From an uncultured Chloroflexia bacterium (lineage in GTDB: Bacteria > Chloroflexota > Chloroflexia > QHBQ01 > JADMIH01), in contig CAWCNY010000004.1 of assembly GCA_963797095.1 (NCBI GenBank), forward strand, positions 256,001 through 320,000: a DNA stretch of 64,000 bases, read 5' to 3'. Position numbers and translations under genes: made by a program. Under the pieces are notes generated by a model. It made no database searches. It saw nothing but the letters and a program-made list of their open reading frames with translations, and was not told the DNA's origin. This document shows positions 40,537 to 50,767 of the stretch, in pieces (position 1 is the first letter of the stretch; each line of letters begins with the position of its first letter).

Positions 40537-41759
40537 AATGCCTCCTCGTCCTTGCACTACTAAGTATTTTGATTTCGATAGTTGACGTTGCGACTGCCCC
40601 AACCGCACACGCCCAAACACCTGTCTTTACCCAGGCACCGCCTGCGCAGTCCTCTGATGAGCCGCGCCAGGAAACATTGGAGGCACGTGTTCTCACTGCT
40701 TCGCCTCCCACACCATGCCAGCAAGGCTCGGAAGACTCTGAGACTTCGCTGTCCGGAGTAGTCCAGAAATGCCAGAACCTGGAACTGCTGGTTACCGACG
40801 GAAGCATTAAGGGCCAGCGCATACAGATCGATCAGGGACAGATACCCGTTGCGGGCAACGTGGACATTGCCTACAAGCCAGGCGACCGAGTGTATGTGGA
40901 CTGGATAAGCGGCGGGGGCCAGCCAAGCGAATTCTATGTCACCGACTTCATACGCACTGATGGCCTTCTGATCCTCGCCGCACTGTTCGTCATCCTTGCC
41001 ATCATTTTCGGTGGCTTGCGCGGACTTTCGTCGCTGATCGGGCTGGCGATCAGCTTCGCGATCATCTTCTTCTTCGTACTGCCCAGAATCATTGCGGGCG
41101 ACGACCCCGTCTTCATAAGCGTGATCGGAGCCCTTGTGATCATGATCATCACCCTTTATCTCTCGCACGGTCTCAGCATCAAGACCACGGCGGCCTTACT
41201 TGGAACCTCCATCAGTCTTGTTCTGACCGGGCTGCTCGCCTGGGGCGCTGTTGAAGTGGTCCGGCTTTCAGGCTTTGGCTCGGAGGAGGCTACTTACGTG
41301 CAAATCGCACAGGGAGGCTCGATCAACCTGCGCGGCCTTCTTCTTGGAGGCATCATAATCGGGGCATTAGGTGTGTTGGACGACATCACCATCAGCCAGT
41401 CGGCTGCTGTATTCGAAATGAAGCGCGTCGATCCAGGGCTTGGTTGGCGACGCCTCTTTTCTCATGCGGTGAACATAGGGCGCGACCACATAGCCGCTAC
41501 CACAAACACACTCGTCCTCGCCTATGCAGGTGCTTCGCTACCTCTGCTGATACTGTTCGTCAGTGGAGCCGCATCCTGGACCAGAGTAATCAATATGGAG
41601 GTCGTAGCCGAAGAAGTGGTCCGCACCCTTGTTGGAACCATAGGGCTGATGGCATCGGTCCCACTCACGACCGCGTTGGCGGCGGTGCTGGCTGTCCGCT
41701 ATCCGCCCGCTCCATTCCAAGGAAGCCAGCCGGTTCACGTGCACAGCCACCACCACTGA
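40533..41759 (+). CDS. YibE/F family membrane protein
   Basis: IGALGVLDDITISQ, GRDHIA...NTLVLAYAG, EEVVRTLVG.IG. Confidence 0.9.
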   Translation: MKCLLVLALLSILISIVDVATAPTAHAQTPVFTQAPPAQSSDEPRQETLEARVLTASPPTPCQQGSEDSETSLSGVVQKCQNLELLVTDGSIKGQRIQIDQGQIPVAGNVDIAYKPGDRVYVDWISGGGQPSEFYVTDFIRTDGLLILAALFVILAIIFGGLRGLSSLIGLAISFAIIFFFVLPRIIAGDDPVFISVIGALVIMIITLYLSHGLSIKTTAALLGTSISLVLTGLLAWGAVEVVRLSGFGSEEATYVQIAQGGSINLRGLLLGGIIIGALGVLDDITISQSAAVFEMKRVDPGLGWRRLFSHAVNIGRDHIAATTNTLVLAYAGASLPLLILFVSGAASWTRVINMEVVAEEVVRTLVGTIGLMASVPLTTALAAVLAVRYPPAPFQGSQPVHVHSHHH

Positions 41760-41879
41760 TTTGACCATCTCACGCAACAGTACTAAGGAGGACCAGGAAT
41801 ATTTGGTGCTACGCAGCCCTTGTTTCCATACACATCACTCCTATATACTCACTTGTAGGTGCACTAATCAACAATAACT

Positions 41880-44195
41880 ATGAGTACTACCCAACAAGCT
41901 CGCCAATATCAACTGTCTCCAGAGAATAGTGCGGAGCCTGCCGAGCCTCAGCCTGCACGCGAGCAGTTAGCGTCCAGGAGCGCGCCAACTCAACAGGTCG
42001 CCCTTTTGGAAGCGATCGTCGGTATTTCGCGAAAAGTGGCGGAAGGCTCGGACGAGGAGGCCATATTTCAGAGCGTGGTCGAAGAGGCTCAGAAGACACT
42101 CTTGGCCGACCGGGTCTTGATCGCGTTGGCCCTGCAAGGTGAGCCTAGTCTGAATGTAGTAGCGCATTACGGTTTCCCAGCCGATCAGGCACGACACTTC
42201 GACAATGATAAGTTGCACTTTAGCGACTACCCGTTTCTTCGTCGCGTCTTTGAGGTTGGGCAAGCGGTGGTGGTCGCAGACACAGAGTCGCCCAACGCTG
42301 AAGTCGGGTTACTTCTGAAGAAGCACGCTATCCGGTCCTTCTACATTTCTCCTCTCAAATATGGCGACAACTTCATGGGAGTGCTTGCGGTTGGTTACAC
42401 CACAAGACCTCACCAGTGGACACCTGACGAGATCGATTGGCTTACTGCTCTTTCTGACCAGGCAGCAGTAGCCCTAACCCTGCGCCGCAACCTGCAGGAG
42501 CAATCGCGCAGCCTGGCGGTACGTGAAGCGCTCCATACGGCAAGTAGGCGTTTGCAATCGTCCCCCGATATAGAGACTGTGATTGAAGCTACCTTGCAGG
42601 GCGTGGCTCAAGTGGTGCCAAGCGTGGGCACCTCCATTCACCTGCTAAGTGACGACGGCAAGACGGCTAGCGTCGCTGGCGTCTGGGGGTACAAAGAGAA
42701 CGCCCTGAAATCCAATGCGGTAATCGGATACACCTACTCGGTGAACAACAGCCCCCTCAACAGCCGGACATTGTTAGATCACGAAGCCTTCTTCCTACAT
42801 GATTTCCAGAAAGAGGCCGAAAAGTGGTCGAATGCCGACATGCCGACACTCAGGGCATGGATGAGCGTGCCCCTGATCGCCAATAACAGGTGCCTGGGCA
42901 AGATCACGGTAGATCACGACCTGCCCGGCGTCTACGGCCCTGAGGAACTTGCAATCGTGCAGACCTTCGCCGCCCATGCCGCCGTTGCCATAGAGCGCGC
43001 CCGCCTCTATTCGGAGACCAACGATAAAGCAGCACAATTCGCGTCCCTCGCCCGCAGCGCACGTATCCTTGCAAGCGACCTTGACCTTACTGTCGTCCTG
43101 CAAGCAGTAGTGGACAATGCGCGCTCTCTTACAGGCGCGGAAGCCTCCCTGATGCTCCATAAATCGCAGACCGACACTCTCACACCCTTTGGACTCTCCC
43201 GGATTAAGCCTCAGCATGAAGCTACAGAAGATCCCCTCACCGCATCTATCGAAACAAGATTATGTGCGGAGGCGCTTCACCAACAGAAAGTAATCGTAGA
43301 CCAGGATCTGTTGCATGAGGCGGATGTGAGCGGTCATAGGGGCTTGCGTGTCCGCACCGTGGTCATCTTGCCCTTGAGCGTGGGCGAGGACCGCCTGGGC
43401 ATTCTGAGGATTGCGTGGCCCCAACCTGACCGTGCTGACGAGGAATGCGTGGCTCTTTGCACCGCTTTCGCCGACCAGGCCGCATTGGCCATACACAACG
43501 CCCGCCAGCACAACGAGATGGTGCGACGCGAAGAGGAACGCACAATGCTTTTGCGCCAGCTCTTGACCGCGCAGGAGAACGAACGCAAGAGAATCGCTAT
43601 CGAGTTGCATGATGGCCCGCTTCAATCGCTTGGCGTAGGACTCGTCAATGCCGATTCCCTGCGAAAGAAGATGGAGTCGGGGCTTCCTGTGTCACCGTCC
43701 GACGTTGACGAACTGCGGCGCTACTTTGCTTCCGTGGTAAACGAAATTCGCGGCCTCATGGCCGATTTGCGTCCCGAAGTTCTTGATTCCTACGGGCTAC
43801 GGGCGGGCCTTGAGGCCCACTGCCGGCGGCTGAGGGAAAGCTGCCCATTCGAGATACACATGCTCTACCACTTGCGCGAGCGCCCGCCTACGTACATTGA
43901 GGTGCTGGTCTACAGGCTGGTACAGGAGGCACTCAACAATGTACGCAAGCATGCCAACGCCACCCGGACCACCATTTTGATACGTGCAGACAAGGTTAGG
44001 TCATCTTTGGTTGTGCAGGTTGCAGACGACGGCAAAGGCTTCGATCCGTCTGTGCTGCCCAACAGACGTGATGGGTTCGGCCTCGGGATCAAGAGTATGC
44101 TGGAGCGCACGCAAAGCGCCGGTGGCACAATGGAGATCGACAGCGCCCATGGCATGGGCACGACAGTGACTTTCGAATTGCCTGTGCCCGGATGA
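41880..44195 (+). CDS. Cytoplasmic sensor histidine kinase with three GAF domains (HisKA_3)
   Basis: Three A.QAA.A GAF ends, ERKRIAIELHD, QEALNNVRKHA, DDGKGF, G.G. Confidence 0.92.
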   Translation: MSTTQQARQYQLSPENSAEPAEPQPAREQLASRSAPTQQVALLEAIVGISRKVAEGSDEEAIFQSVVEEAQKTLLADRVLIALALQGEPSLNVVAHYGFPADQARHFDNDKLHFSDYPFLRRVFEVGQAVVVADTESPNAEVGLLLKKHAIRSFYISPLKYGDNFMGVLAVGYTTRPHQWTPDEIDWLTALSDQAAVALTLRRNLQEQSRSLAVREALHTASRRLQSSPDIETVIEATLQGVAQVVPSVGTSIHLLSDDGKTASVAGVWGYKENALKSNAVIGYTYSVNNSPLNSRTLLDHEAFFLHDFQKEAEKWSNADMPTLRAWMSVPLIANNRCLGKITVDHDLPGVYGPEELAIVQTFAAHAAVAIERARLYSETNDKAAQFASLARSARILASDLDLTVVLQAVVDNARSLTGAEASLMLHKSQTDTLTPFGLSRIKPQHEATEDPLTASIETRLCAEALHQQKVIVDQDLLHEADVSGHRGLRVRTVVILPLSVGEDRLGILRIAWPQPDRADEECVALCTAFADQAALAIHNARQHNEMVRREEERTMLLRQLLTAQENERKRIAIELHDGPLQSLGVGLVNADSLRKKMESGLPVSPSDVDELRRYFASVVNEIRGLMADLRPEVLDSYGLRAGLEAHCRRLRESCPFEIHMLYHLRERPPTYIEVLVYRLVQEALNNVRKHANATRTTILIRADKVRSSLVVQVADDGKGFDPSVLPNRRDGFGLGIKSMLERTQSAGGTMEIDSAHGMGTTVTFELPVPG

Positions 44196-44205
44196 CACGT
44201 CCGGC

Positions 44206-44324
44206 AAACAGAAAGGCGACAACCCGCGTAGGTCGTCGCCCGTAGCCTTTGATAGGAGTAAGCGGCCCGGTACTGCTCTCCACCGCACCCGCCCAGGCAG
44301 GAGGAGAGCAGCACCGTTTCCGAT
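44206..44324 (-). ncRNA. Candidate PhoB/PhoP-regulated small RNA (~120 nt)
   Basis: Own PHO-box-like promoter upstream, 13-bp hairpin (44269-44315), single-stranded CUCCU, terminator stem at 44215-44240 followed by UUUCUGUUU. Confidence 0.5.
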
Positions 44325-44330
44325 ATTTCC

Positions 44331-44373
44331 AGTCTACATCCCCTTGTTTATGCCGTAGTTAATGAACTGTTAA
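44331..44373 (-). promoter_or_regulatory. PHO-box-like promoter
   Basis: TTAACA-N5-TTAACT-N5-ATAAAC-N9-TAGACT. Confidence 0.6.
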
Positions 44374-44386
44374 GGGTGTTAACGTG

Positions 44387-44417
44387 ATGAGTGGTGGGCC
44401 AATGGCCCACCACTCAT
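44387..44417 (-). terminator. Hairpin downstream of phoU
   Basis: Perfect 14-bp stem ATGAGTGGTGGGCC / GGCCCACCACTCAT. Confidence 0.6.
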
Positions 44418-44440
44418 AATTGCTCATTCGCGCACGACAC

Positions 44441-45106
44441 TCAATACTTCGATACGTTGATCTCGTCCATTTTACCGGTGACCAGGAAGATTACCCGCTC
44501 GCAGATATTAGTCACACGGTCGGCAATTCGTTCGAGGTTGTGGGCGACCCACAACAAATGCGTGGCGCGATTAATCGTGCCTGGGTCGGCCATCATGAAG
44601 GTCAACAACTCCCGGTACACTTGCTCGTACAAGTTATCGATCTGATCGTCTTCCTCGGCGATTGCGCGTGCCATCTCAGCATCTCGCCGCACATATGCGT
44701 CCATGCTCCTGCGTAGCATAGACCGCGACATTTCGTCCATGCGGGGGATATCCACCAGTGGCTTCAGGGGCGGCTCGTCCCCGATCATGATCGTGACCTT
44801 GGCGATCCCTTCGGCGTGGTCACCCATCCGCTCCAGGTCGGTGATGATATTGAGCACAGCCGCTATCACCCGTAGGTCCGAGGCAATAGGCTGCTGTCGA
44901 GCAATCAACAACAGACACTGGTCCTCAATCCCGAACCGCTGCTGGTTGATCTTGAAGTCATCATCGATGACTTCCTGGGCCAGGACTACATCTCTCGTTT
45001 TCAGAGCAATAATTGACCGTTGAATCGCCTTTTCGACCATGCTGGCCATAACGAGCAGACTATCCTGCACGGCCTGAAGTTCCTGGTGAAATAACTCTCT
45101 GGGCAT
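44441..45106 (-). CDS. phoU: Phosphate signalling protein PhoU
   Basis: QQPIASDLR, LERMGDHA, LERIADRVTNICE. Confidence 0.96.
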   Translation of the reverse strand: MPRELFHQELQAVQDSLLVMASMVEKAIQRSIIALKTRDVVLAQEVIDDDFKINQQRFGIEDQCLLLIARQQPIASDLRVIAAVLNIITDLERMGDHAEGIAKVTIMIGDEPPLKPLVDIPRMDEMSRSMLRRSMDAYVRRDAEMARAIAEEDDQIDNLYEQVYRELLTFMMADPGTINRATHLLWVAHNLERIADRVTNICERVIFLVTGKMDEINVSKY

Positions 45107-45117
45107 GCTCCCTCCTG

Positions 45118-45945
45118 TTACCCGATACGCCCGGTAATATACTCTTCTGTCCGCTGTTCCTTCGGCGACGTGAAGACGTCGCGCGTGGTTCCCACTTCAA
45201 TCAATTCACCCGCTTTATCCGGCATCATCATCATTACAGCAGTATAGTCCGACACACGTGCGGCCTGCTGCATGTTGTGCGTTACTATGATGATTGTAAG
45301 CGAGTTCTTCAGCTCCTGCATCAGGTCTTCAATCTTCAATGTTGACACGGGATCAAGCGCCGAAGCAGGCTCGTCCATCAACAGTACCTCAGGCTCCACC
45401 GCTAGGGCCCGTGCGATGCAGAGTCGCTGCTGTTGTCCACCTGAGAGGGAAGTGCCGGGCAATTGCAGCTTGTCCTTCACCTCGTCCCACAATGCTGCTC
45501 TTTTCAGCGCAAGCTCCACCTTTTCCTGAAGTGACGAACCGCGCTTGCTTCCCGCTATGAGCATGCCAATCGCCACATTATCAAATATGCTCTTAGTCAC
45601 CAGTGGATTTGGCCGCTGAAACACCATACCTATCGTGCGACGAACGTCCCCCACATCCGACTTGTAGAGATCAATACCGTCGAGCAGGATTTGCCCGGTG
45701 AGATAGGCACCAAGCAACGTCTCATGTATCCTGTTGATCGAGCGCAGAAGCGTGGACTTCCCGGATCCCGAAGGGCCAATCAGCGACATGATCGTGTTGG
45801 CAGGCACTTCCAGGTTCGCGCCCCGCACCGCGAGGAACTTGCCATAATACACGTTTACATCGCGAACGCTGATCTCGCCTCGTCTGCCGAGTTGCCGGTC
45901 CGCCTCTATGGCAGCCCTACTCGTCACTTGTGTTCCTGTAGCCAT
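45118..45945 (-). CDS. pstB: Phosphate ABC transporter ATPase
   Basis: [37 protein letters not shown]. Confidence 0.95.
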   Translation of the reverse strand: MATGTQVTSRAAIEADRQLGRRGEISVRDVNVYYGKFLAVRGANLEVPANTIMSLIGPSGSGKSTLLRSINRIHETLLGAYLTGQILLDGIDLYKSDVGDVRRTIGMVFQRPNPLVTKSIFDNVAIGMLIAGSKRGSSLQEKVELALKRAALWDEVKDKLQLPGTSLSGGQQQRLCIARALAVEPEVLLMDEPASALDPVSTLKIEDLMQELKNSLTIIIVTHNMQQAARVSDYTAVMMMMPDKAGELIEVGTTRDVFTSPKEQRTEEYITGRIG

Positions 45946-46017
45946 CCTCTATCTTACCTCTCTGGTTCTCCGCATAGGACTCGTGCCAATATTTCGCTAC
46001 CTGTCGCTCGCCACTTC

Positions 46018-46887
46018 CTATCCAAACCTGCCCGTTATGAAGTCCTCAGTTTCCTTCCGTGAGGGCGTCACAAACATCTTGGTGGTAGCATCGAACTCGA
46101 CAATACGCCCACTAAGGAAGAACGCGCAGTACTCCGACACGCGGGCTGCCTGCTGCAAGTTGTGGGTCACGATCACTATTGTGTAGTTCTCTTTCAGAGA
46201 CACCATCAAATCCTCGATCTTCCCGGTAGATATAGGATCGAGCGCCGAAGCAGGTTCGTCCATCAACAGCACAGCAGGTCGTAATGCAATCGCACGTGCG
46301 ATGCACAGACGCTGCTGCTGCCCACCCGACAAGGCAAACGCCGATTTCTTCAGTTTGTCTTTCGCCTCGTCCCAAAGAGCGGCTTCTCGCAAGCACTTCT
46401 CTACCCTGTCCGCGATCTCGTTTCGGGGATATTTATGAACGCGCATAGCGTATGCAACGTTCTCAAAAATAGATTTAGGGAACGGATTGGGCCTCTGGAA
46501 GACCATTCCCACCCGCAGTCTCAAGCGCACCACATCCATCTCTTTGGCAAGCACATCCTGCCCATCGAGCAAGATGCGCCCCTCGGATCGGGCGGTAGGC
46601 ACCACATCATTCAACCGATTGATGCATCTCAGGAATGTAGTTTTCCCAGAACCCGAAGGGCCAATCAACGCTGTGACCTGGTGTTCTCTTATATCGAGAT
46701 TGATGTTGTCCAGCACTTGTTTTGGCCCGTAAAAGAAGTTCAGTTGCTGCGACTGCAACTTGATCCTGGCGCTAGGATCGGCTTCGAATACAGGCTGCAA
46801 TCCTGTAAGCAGTCCGTGTGTCCTATCCCCCGACATTTCCTGTGTGCTCATTGGACTTCTGCCGTTCTGACTGATTGTTGTGGTCAT
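46018..46887 (-). CDS. pstB: Phosphate ABC transporter ATPase (second copy)
   Basis: [37 protein letters not shown]. Confidence 0.95.
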   Translation of the reverse strand: MTTTISQNGRSPMSTQEMSGDRTHGLLTGLQPVFEADPSARIKLQSQQLNFFYGPKQVLDNINLDIREHQVTALIGPSGSGKTTFLRCINRLNDVVPTARSEGRILLDGQDVLAKEMDVVRLRLRVGMVFQRPNPFPKSIFENVAYAMRVHKYPRNEIADRVEKCLREAALWDEAKDKLKKSAFALSGGQQQRLCIARAIALRPAVLLMDEPASALDPISTGKIEDLMVSLKENYTIVIVTHNLQQAARVSEYCAFFLSGRIVEFDATTKMFVTPSRKETEDFITGRFG

Positions 46888-46908
46888 ACTCTCTCCCTTC
46901 CCGTCCCT

Positions 46909-47859
46909 TTATTGTATCTTGACGCCCCTGCCGCGTGTAGCTATCCGCAACAGCAGTGCCCCAAGCGCCACGCCGATAACAAGCACGAAGGCCGCGCCAT
47001 ACGCCTGGGCGTGCCAGGTTTCATACGGCCCGCGTGCGTATTTCAAGATTCGGAGCGTCAGTTCATCGGTCGGCTTGAATATATCGGTTTGCACAAACTC
47101 GTTGCCCAGCGCCGTCAGAATCAGCGGCGCGGTCTCGCCGGCCACGCGGGCTACAGCCAGCACCCCACCTGTGATCACACCGGCGCGGGCGGCAGGCAAT
47201 ACCAGGCCGAGTATCACGCGCCAGGTTGGCAGGCCAAGCGCAAGCCCTGCTTCCCGTATGCTTCCGGGCACCAGCCTCATAACGTCCTCAGACGTGCGGG
47301 CGATGATCGGCACCATAATAATCGCGAGCGCCACACCTCCTGCAAACGCCGAGAATTGGCCCATTGGCTTCACCAGCATCAAGTATACGAACAGGCCCAC
47401 GATAATGGAAGGGATCCCAACGAAGGTGTTCACTCCCATACGTGCTATGGCCGAGAAGACACTGTTGCCGGAGGCAATTTCGCTCAGATAGATACCGATA
47501 AGTATACCCACCGGCACCCCTAATAGGGAAGCGATTGACACAATTGTCAACGTCCCGGTGATCGAGGCCACGATGCCGCCACCTTCCTCACCTACGGCGG
47601 GCGCTTCCTGGGTGAAGAAATCCCAGTTAAGGGTGCCCACGCCTTGCACCAGGAGAAATATCAACAGGTACAGCAGAAGGCCGAGCGCCAGCAGCGTGCA
47701 AAGGCCCGTGAAAATATGGACCGCCGTGCCGGTGATCTTACGGCGGGTGGATGCATTCGATGCAGAGCGAAGGCTCGTGCGAGGGCCGGTCATTTGTGCT
47801 GTGCTCATATCTCTGGTCTCAACTCCTGACTTTCCACCTGATCCCGTCCAGATTACCAT
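46909..47859 (-). CDS. pstA: Phosphate ABC transporter permease
   Basis: GIPSII.GLF, REAGLALG, RVAGETAPL. Start may lie a little downstream. Confidence 0.93.
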   Translation of the reverse strand: MVIWTGSGGKSGVETRDMSTAQMTGPRTSLRSASNASTRRKITGTAVHIFTGLCTLLALGLLLYLLIFLLVQGVGTLNWDFFTQEAPAVGEEGGGIVASITGTLTIVSIASLLGVPVGILIGIYLSEIASGNSVFSAIARMGVNTFVGIPSIIVGLFVYLMLVKPMGQFSAFAGGVALAIIMVPIIARTSEDVMRLVPGSIREAGLALGLPTWRVILGLVLPAARAGVITGGVLAVARVAGETAPLILTALGNEFVQTDIFKPTDELTLRILKYARGPYETWHAQAYGAAFVLVIGVALGALLLRIATRGRGVKIQ

Positions 47860-47866
47860 GCGCTCA

Positions 47867-48976
47867 TCATGCCCGTCGCATGGTTCGGTTCATGCGCTGC
47901 AACAAGTAATACGCACCGATGTTCACCAACGCTGTAATGATAAAGAGAAGCAGCCCAGCCTCGACGAGAGCAGACCGGTAAAGGTCGTTCGATACTTCAC
48001 CAAACTCGTTCGCGATTACGCTGGCCAGCGTGTAGCCCTGGTCGAATACCGTCTTGGGGAAATTATGCCCACCACCGATTGTCATAGCCACCGCGATTGT
48101 TTCGCCCAGAGCGCGCCCCAGCGATAAGATAATCGCCCCAAAAATGCCACCGCGAGCATATGGTATCACCGCCTGCCGCAACACTTCCCATCTTGTAGCA
48201 CCAAGTGCCAGCATCGCCTCGCGCTGGCTGTCAGGTACCAACAAAAGCGCCTCTCTTGACAGCGACAATATGAGCGGCAAGAGCATGATAGACAGAATCA
48301 GTGAGGCGGCGAGGATGCCGGGACCGTACGCAGGCCCTTGAAAGATCGGCAAGGCTCCGAACGTATCGCGCAGCCACGGCTCGACGGTTTGTTGCAGCCA
48401 GGGCACCATTACCAGCAAGCCCCACAACCCGTACACCACGCTTGGAATGTATGCGAGCAACTCGATCAGGAATGACACCGGCTCGCGCAGCCAGCGTGGA
48501 GCGTAATCCACCAGATATACGGCACCGGACAGCCCCACCGTGCTGGCGATAATCATTGCGATGGCCGCTACTATAAGCGTATCAATAATAAAAGGAGCCG
48601 CCCCGAACTCGTTCTCCGGAGGGTTCCACGTAGATTGAGTGAAGAAATTCAAACCGGCATGCTGTATCATCGGGATCGACTGCAGAATCAACACGATTCC
48701 GATCCCGGCCAGAATAGCCAGGAATATCCACACTGCCAGCCGCACCAAACCCTCAAAGACGCGGTCTCCGCGATTGCGCGTCGGTTCGGGTTGTACGACG
48801 GCCGAGGCCCCTGCCGTGTCTATTTCTGTCGCGCGCTCCATACCTATAGCGGGCGAGCCTTCAAGGCGAGGCGTGAAGGGGGCATCCGGCTCTTCTTCGG
48901 ACTTCTCTTTTATGATTTCACTCATATGAACACTCGAAAGCCCGGCAGGGACACTGGACTTGTCCCTGCCGGGCAT
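47867..48976 (-). CDS. pstC: Phosphate ABC transporter permease
   Basis: IPSVVYGLWG, REAMLALGATRWE, GRALGET.AV, IANEFGE. Start uncertain. Confidence 0.93.
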   Translation of the reverse strand: MPGRDKSSVPAGLSSVHMSEIIKEKSEEEPDAPFTPRLEGSPAIGMERATEIDTAGASAVVQPEPTRNRGDRVFEGLVRLAVWIFLAILAGIGIVLILQSIPMIQHAGLNFFTQSTWNPPENEFGAAPFIIDTLIVAAIAMIIASTVGLSGAVYLVDYAPRWLREPVSFLIELLAYIPSVVYGLWGLLVMVPWLQQTVEPWLRDTFGALPIFQGPAYGPGILAASLILSIMLLPLILSLSREALLLVPDSQREAMLALGATRWEVLRQAVIPYARGGIFGAIILSLGRALGETIAVAMTIGGGHNFPKTVFDQGYTLASVIANEFGEVSNDLYRSALVEAGLLLFIITALVNIGAYYLLQRMNRTMRRA

Positions 48977-48991
48977 AGAGAAATTATCGGT

Positions 48992-50704
48992 CTACTGAGG
49001 GAAGCAAGGCTCTTCCGATCCGCACGTCATGTGGCGAATCTTGTCCTCCACGCGGAGCACTATTGCCGCAGGCAGAGGAGCGTATCCGAGAGCGTCGGAG
49101 TAGTGCTGCCCATCGTGCGCGCACCACCAGAGGAAGTAGGCCAGTATCTTGCCCTTGTTGGGGTCCTGCGACTGGTCAGCATACACCAACAGCCATGTAG
49201 TGGCCGCGATGGGATAGCTGTTGGCTCCAGGTGCATTTGTGACGCTGTAGCGCAGGTCTGCCGGGATCGATGTGTCGATCAGGTTCTGAGCCGCAGCCGA
49301 CACGTTGTCTCCGGTAGCGTCAACAAAGTTGCCTGCTGCATTCTTCAGCAGCGCGTACTGGACACTGTTCTGTCGGGCGTAGGAAACCTCGATATAGCCT
49401 ATCGCGCCCGACGATTGCTTAACCACCTGTGTCACTCCATCGTTACCCTGAGCTCCAATCCCACCCGGCCAGCTTACGGTCGTGTTGCTACCCACCTTGC
49501 TCTTCCAGTCAGCGCTGACCTTGTTTAGATAGTCGGTGAATGTGAAGGTAGTACCCGAGCCGTCAGAGCGGTGAACTACGGCGATGGGAAGATTGGGCAG
49601 AGATACCCCAGGATTGAGGGCAGCAATGGCCGAGTCGTTCCAGTTAGTGATATTCAGCAGAAAGATATTCGCGATAGTAGTGCCATCCAGCTTAAGTTGG
49701 GTCGTAACCCCAGGTAAGTTGTAAGCAAGTACTACGCCCCACATCGTGATCGGCACGTGCAGCGCCTTGGTCGGGCCGCCAGCCTGGCTAAACTGGTCGT
49801 CGGTCAGGAAAGCGTCTGTACCGGCAAAATCCACTGTCTTTGCAAGGTATTGTGTTCGACCGTTGCCGGAACCCGTGCCCTGGTAGTTGATCTTCACACC
49901 CGAATAGATCTGGTTGTACTCGTTCGCCCACTTCGACATTGTCGGAAGCACAGCGGTCGAGCCGGTGCCTGTGAGGTTGGCACTGCCATTGCCGCCGGGG
50001 TACGCAGGCTTGACAACCTGAGTAGCGTCCCACGCGAACTTGCCCAGCAAGCTGAGGAGCACATCGTTGGGAGCCGAGTTCTCAGGGTGCGACTCAAACA
50101 CTGCGCGCTCGAAGTACTGGACCGTGTAGGTCTTGCCATCGGTGCTGCTCTTCTCCTGGAATTCATCCGAGATAGGGTAGCCCTGCTGCGCCAGGCCGCC
50201 GTGCAACTCCCAGTACGCCCGGAACTTACCACCTATGGTGTGGCCTGTCTCGTCAAACTTAAGCGGATTGTCGGTGCTCACCTTCTGCCCGGGCGCGCCG
50301 GCTTTGCCGTAGCGTTCCTTGTACTGCAATGTGCCAAGCAGGCTGAGGAGCACATCATATGGAGCCTGGTTCTCGTTGTGCGCCTCAAACACGGCGCGCT
50401 CGAAATACTGGGTCGGATAGGTCTTGCCGTTGACAGCGCTCACTTCATCGCGCTGCTCCGAGATAGGGTAGCCCTGCTGCGCCAGGCCACCGTTATTGTT
50501 CCAGTAGGTAAGGAACTTGCCGCAGATCTGCCGGTTGGTCTGGGTGAACGTCTGGCAATCGCTCTGCGCCGCCGCGCTTCCCGCCGAGTAGGCAGGCAAG
50601 ACGGCGACCAACAGGCCAAGAATGGCCGCGAAATTCCAGACTGTGCTCAACTTTCGTTTGGGAGCACGCCTGGGTGCGCTATTAGCGTAATCCATCTGTA
50701 TCAT
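48992..50704 (-). CDS. pstS: Phosphate-binding protein PstS with two N-terminal surface-anchor-type repeats
   Basis: GTGST, YQGTGSGNG, HRSDGSGTT, YPI. N-terminal duplicated F..T...I.GKF..YW...GGLAQQGYPIS...QYFERA. Confidence 0.93.
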   Translation of the reverse strand: MIQMDYANSAPRRAPKRKLSTVWNFAAILGLLVAVLPAYSAGSAAAQSDCQTFTQTNRQICGKFLTYWNNNGGLAQQGYPISEQRDEVSAVNGKTYPTQYFERAVFEAHNENQAPYDVLLSLLGTLQYKERYGKAGAPGQKVSTDNPLKFDETGHTIGGKFRAYWELHGGLAQQGYPISDEFQEKSSTDGKTYTVQYFERAVFESHPENSAPNDVLLSLLGKFAWDATQVVKPAYPGGNGSANLTGTGSTAVLPTMSKWANEYNQIYSGVKINYQGTGSGNGRTQYLAKTVDFAGTDAFLTDDQFSQAGGPTKALHVPITMWGVVLAYNLPGVTTQLKLDGTTIANIFLLNITNWNDSAIAALNPGVSLPNLPIAVVHRSDGSGTTFTFTDYLNKVSADWKSKVGSNTTVSWPGGIGAQGNDGVTQVVKQSSGAIGYIEVSYARQNSVQYALLKNAAGNFVDATGDNVSAAAQNLIDTSIPADLRYSVTNAPGANSYPIAATTWLLVYADQSQDPNKGKILAYFLWWCAHDGQHYSDALGYAPLPAAIVLRVEDKIRHMTCGSEEPCFPQ

Positions 50705-50767
50705 GGTGTATTACTCTCCTCCAAAATGAAACTGTTTCGGGCGGGTTTCATTGGGCGGGTTCGAGTT

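Noticed and set aside
44269-44316. SRP RNA suggested by CAGG...AGCAGC on the plus strand
   Set aside because: It lacks the GNRA-capped helix between the motifs, and promoter and terminator polarity point to the minus strand.
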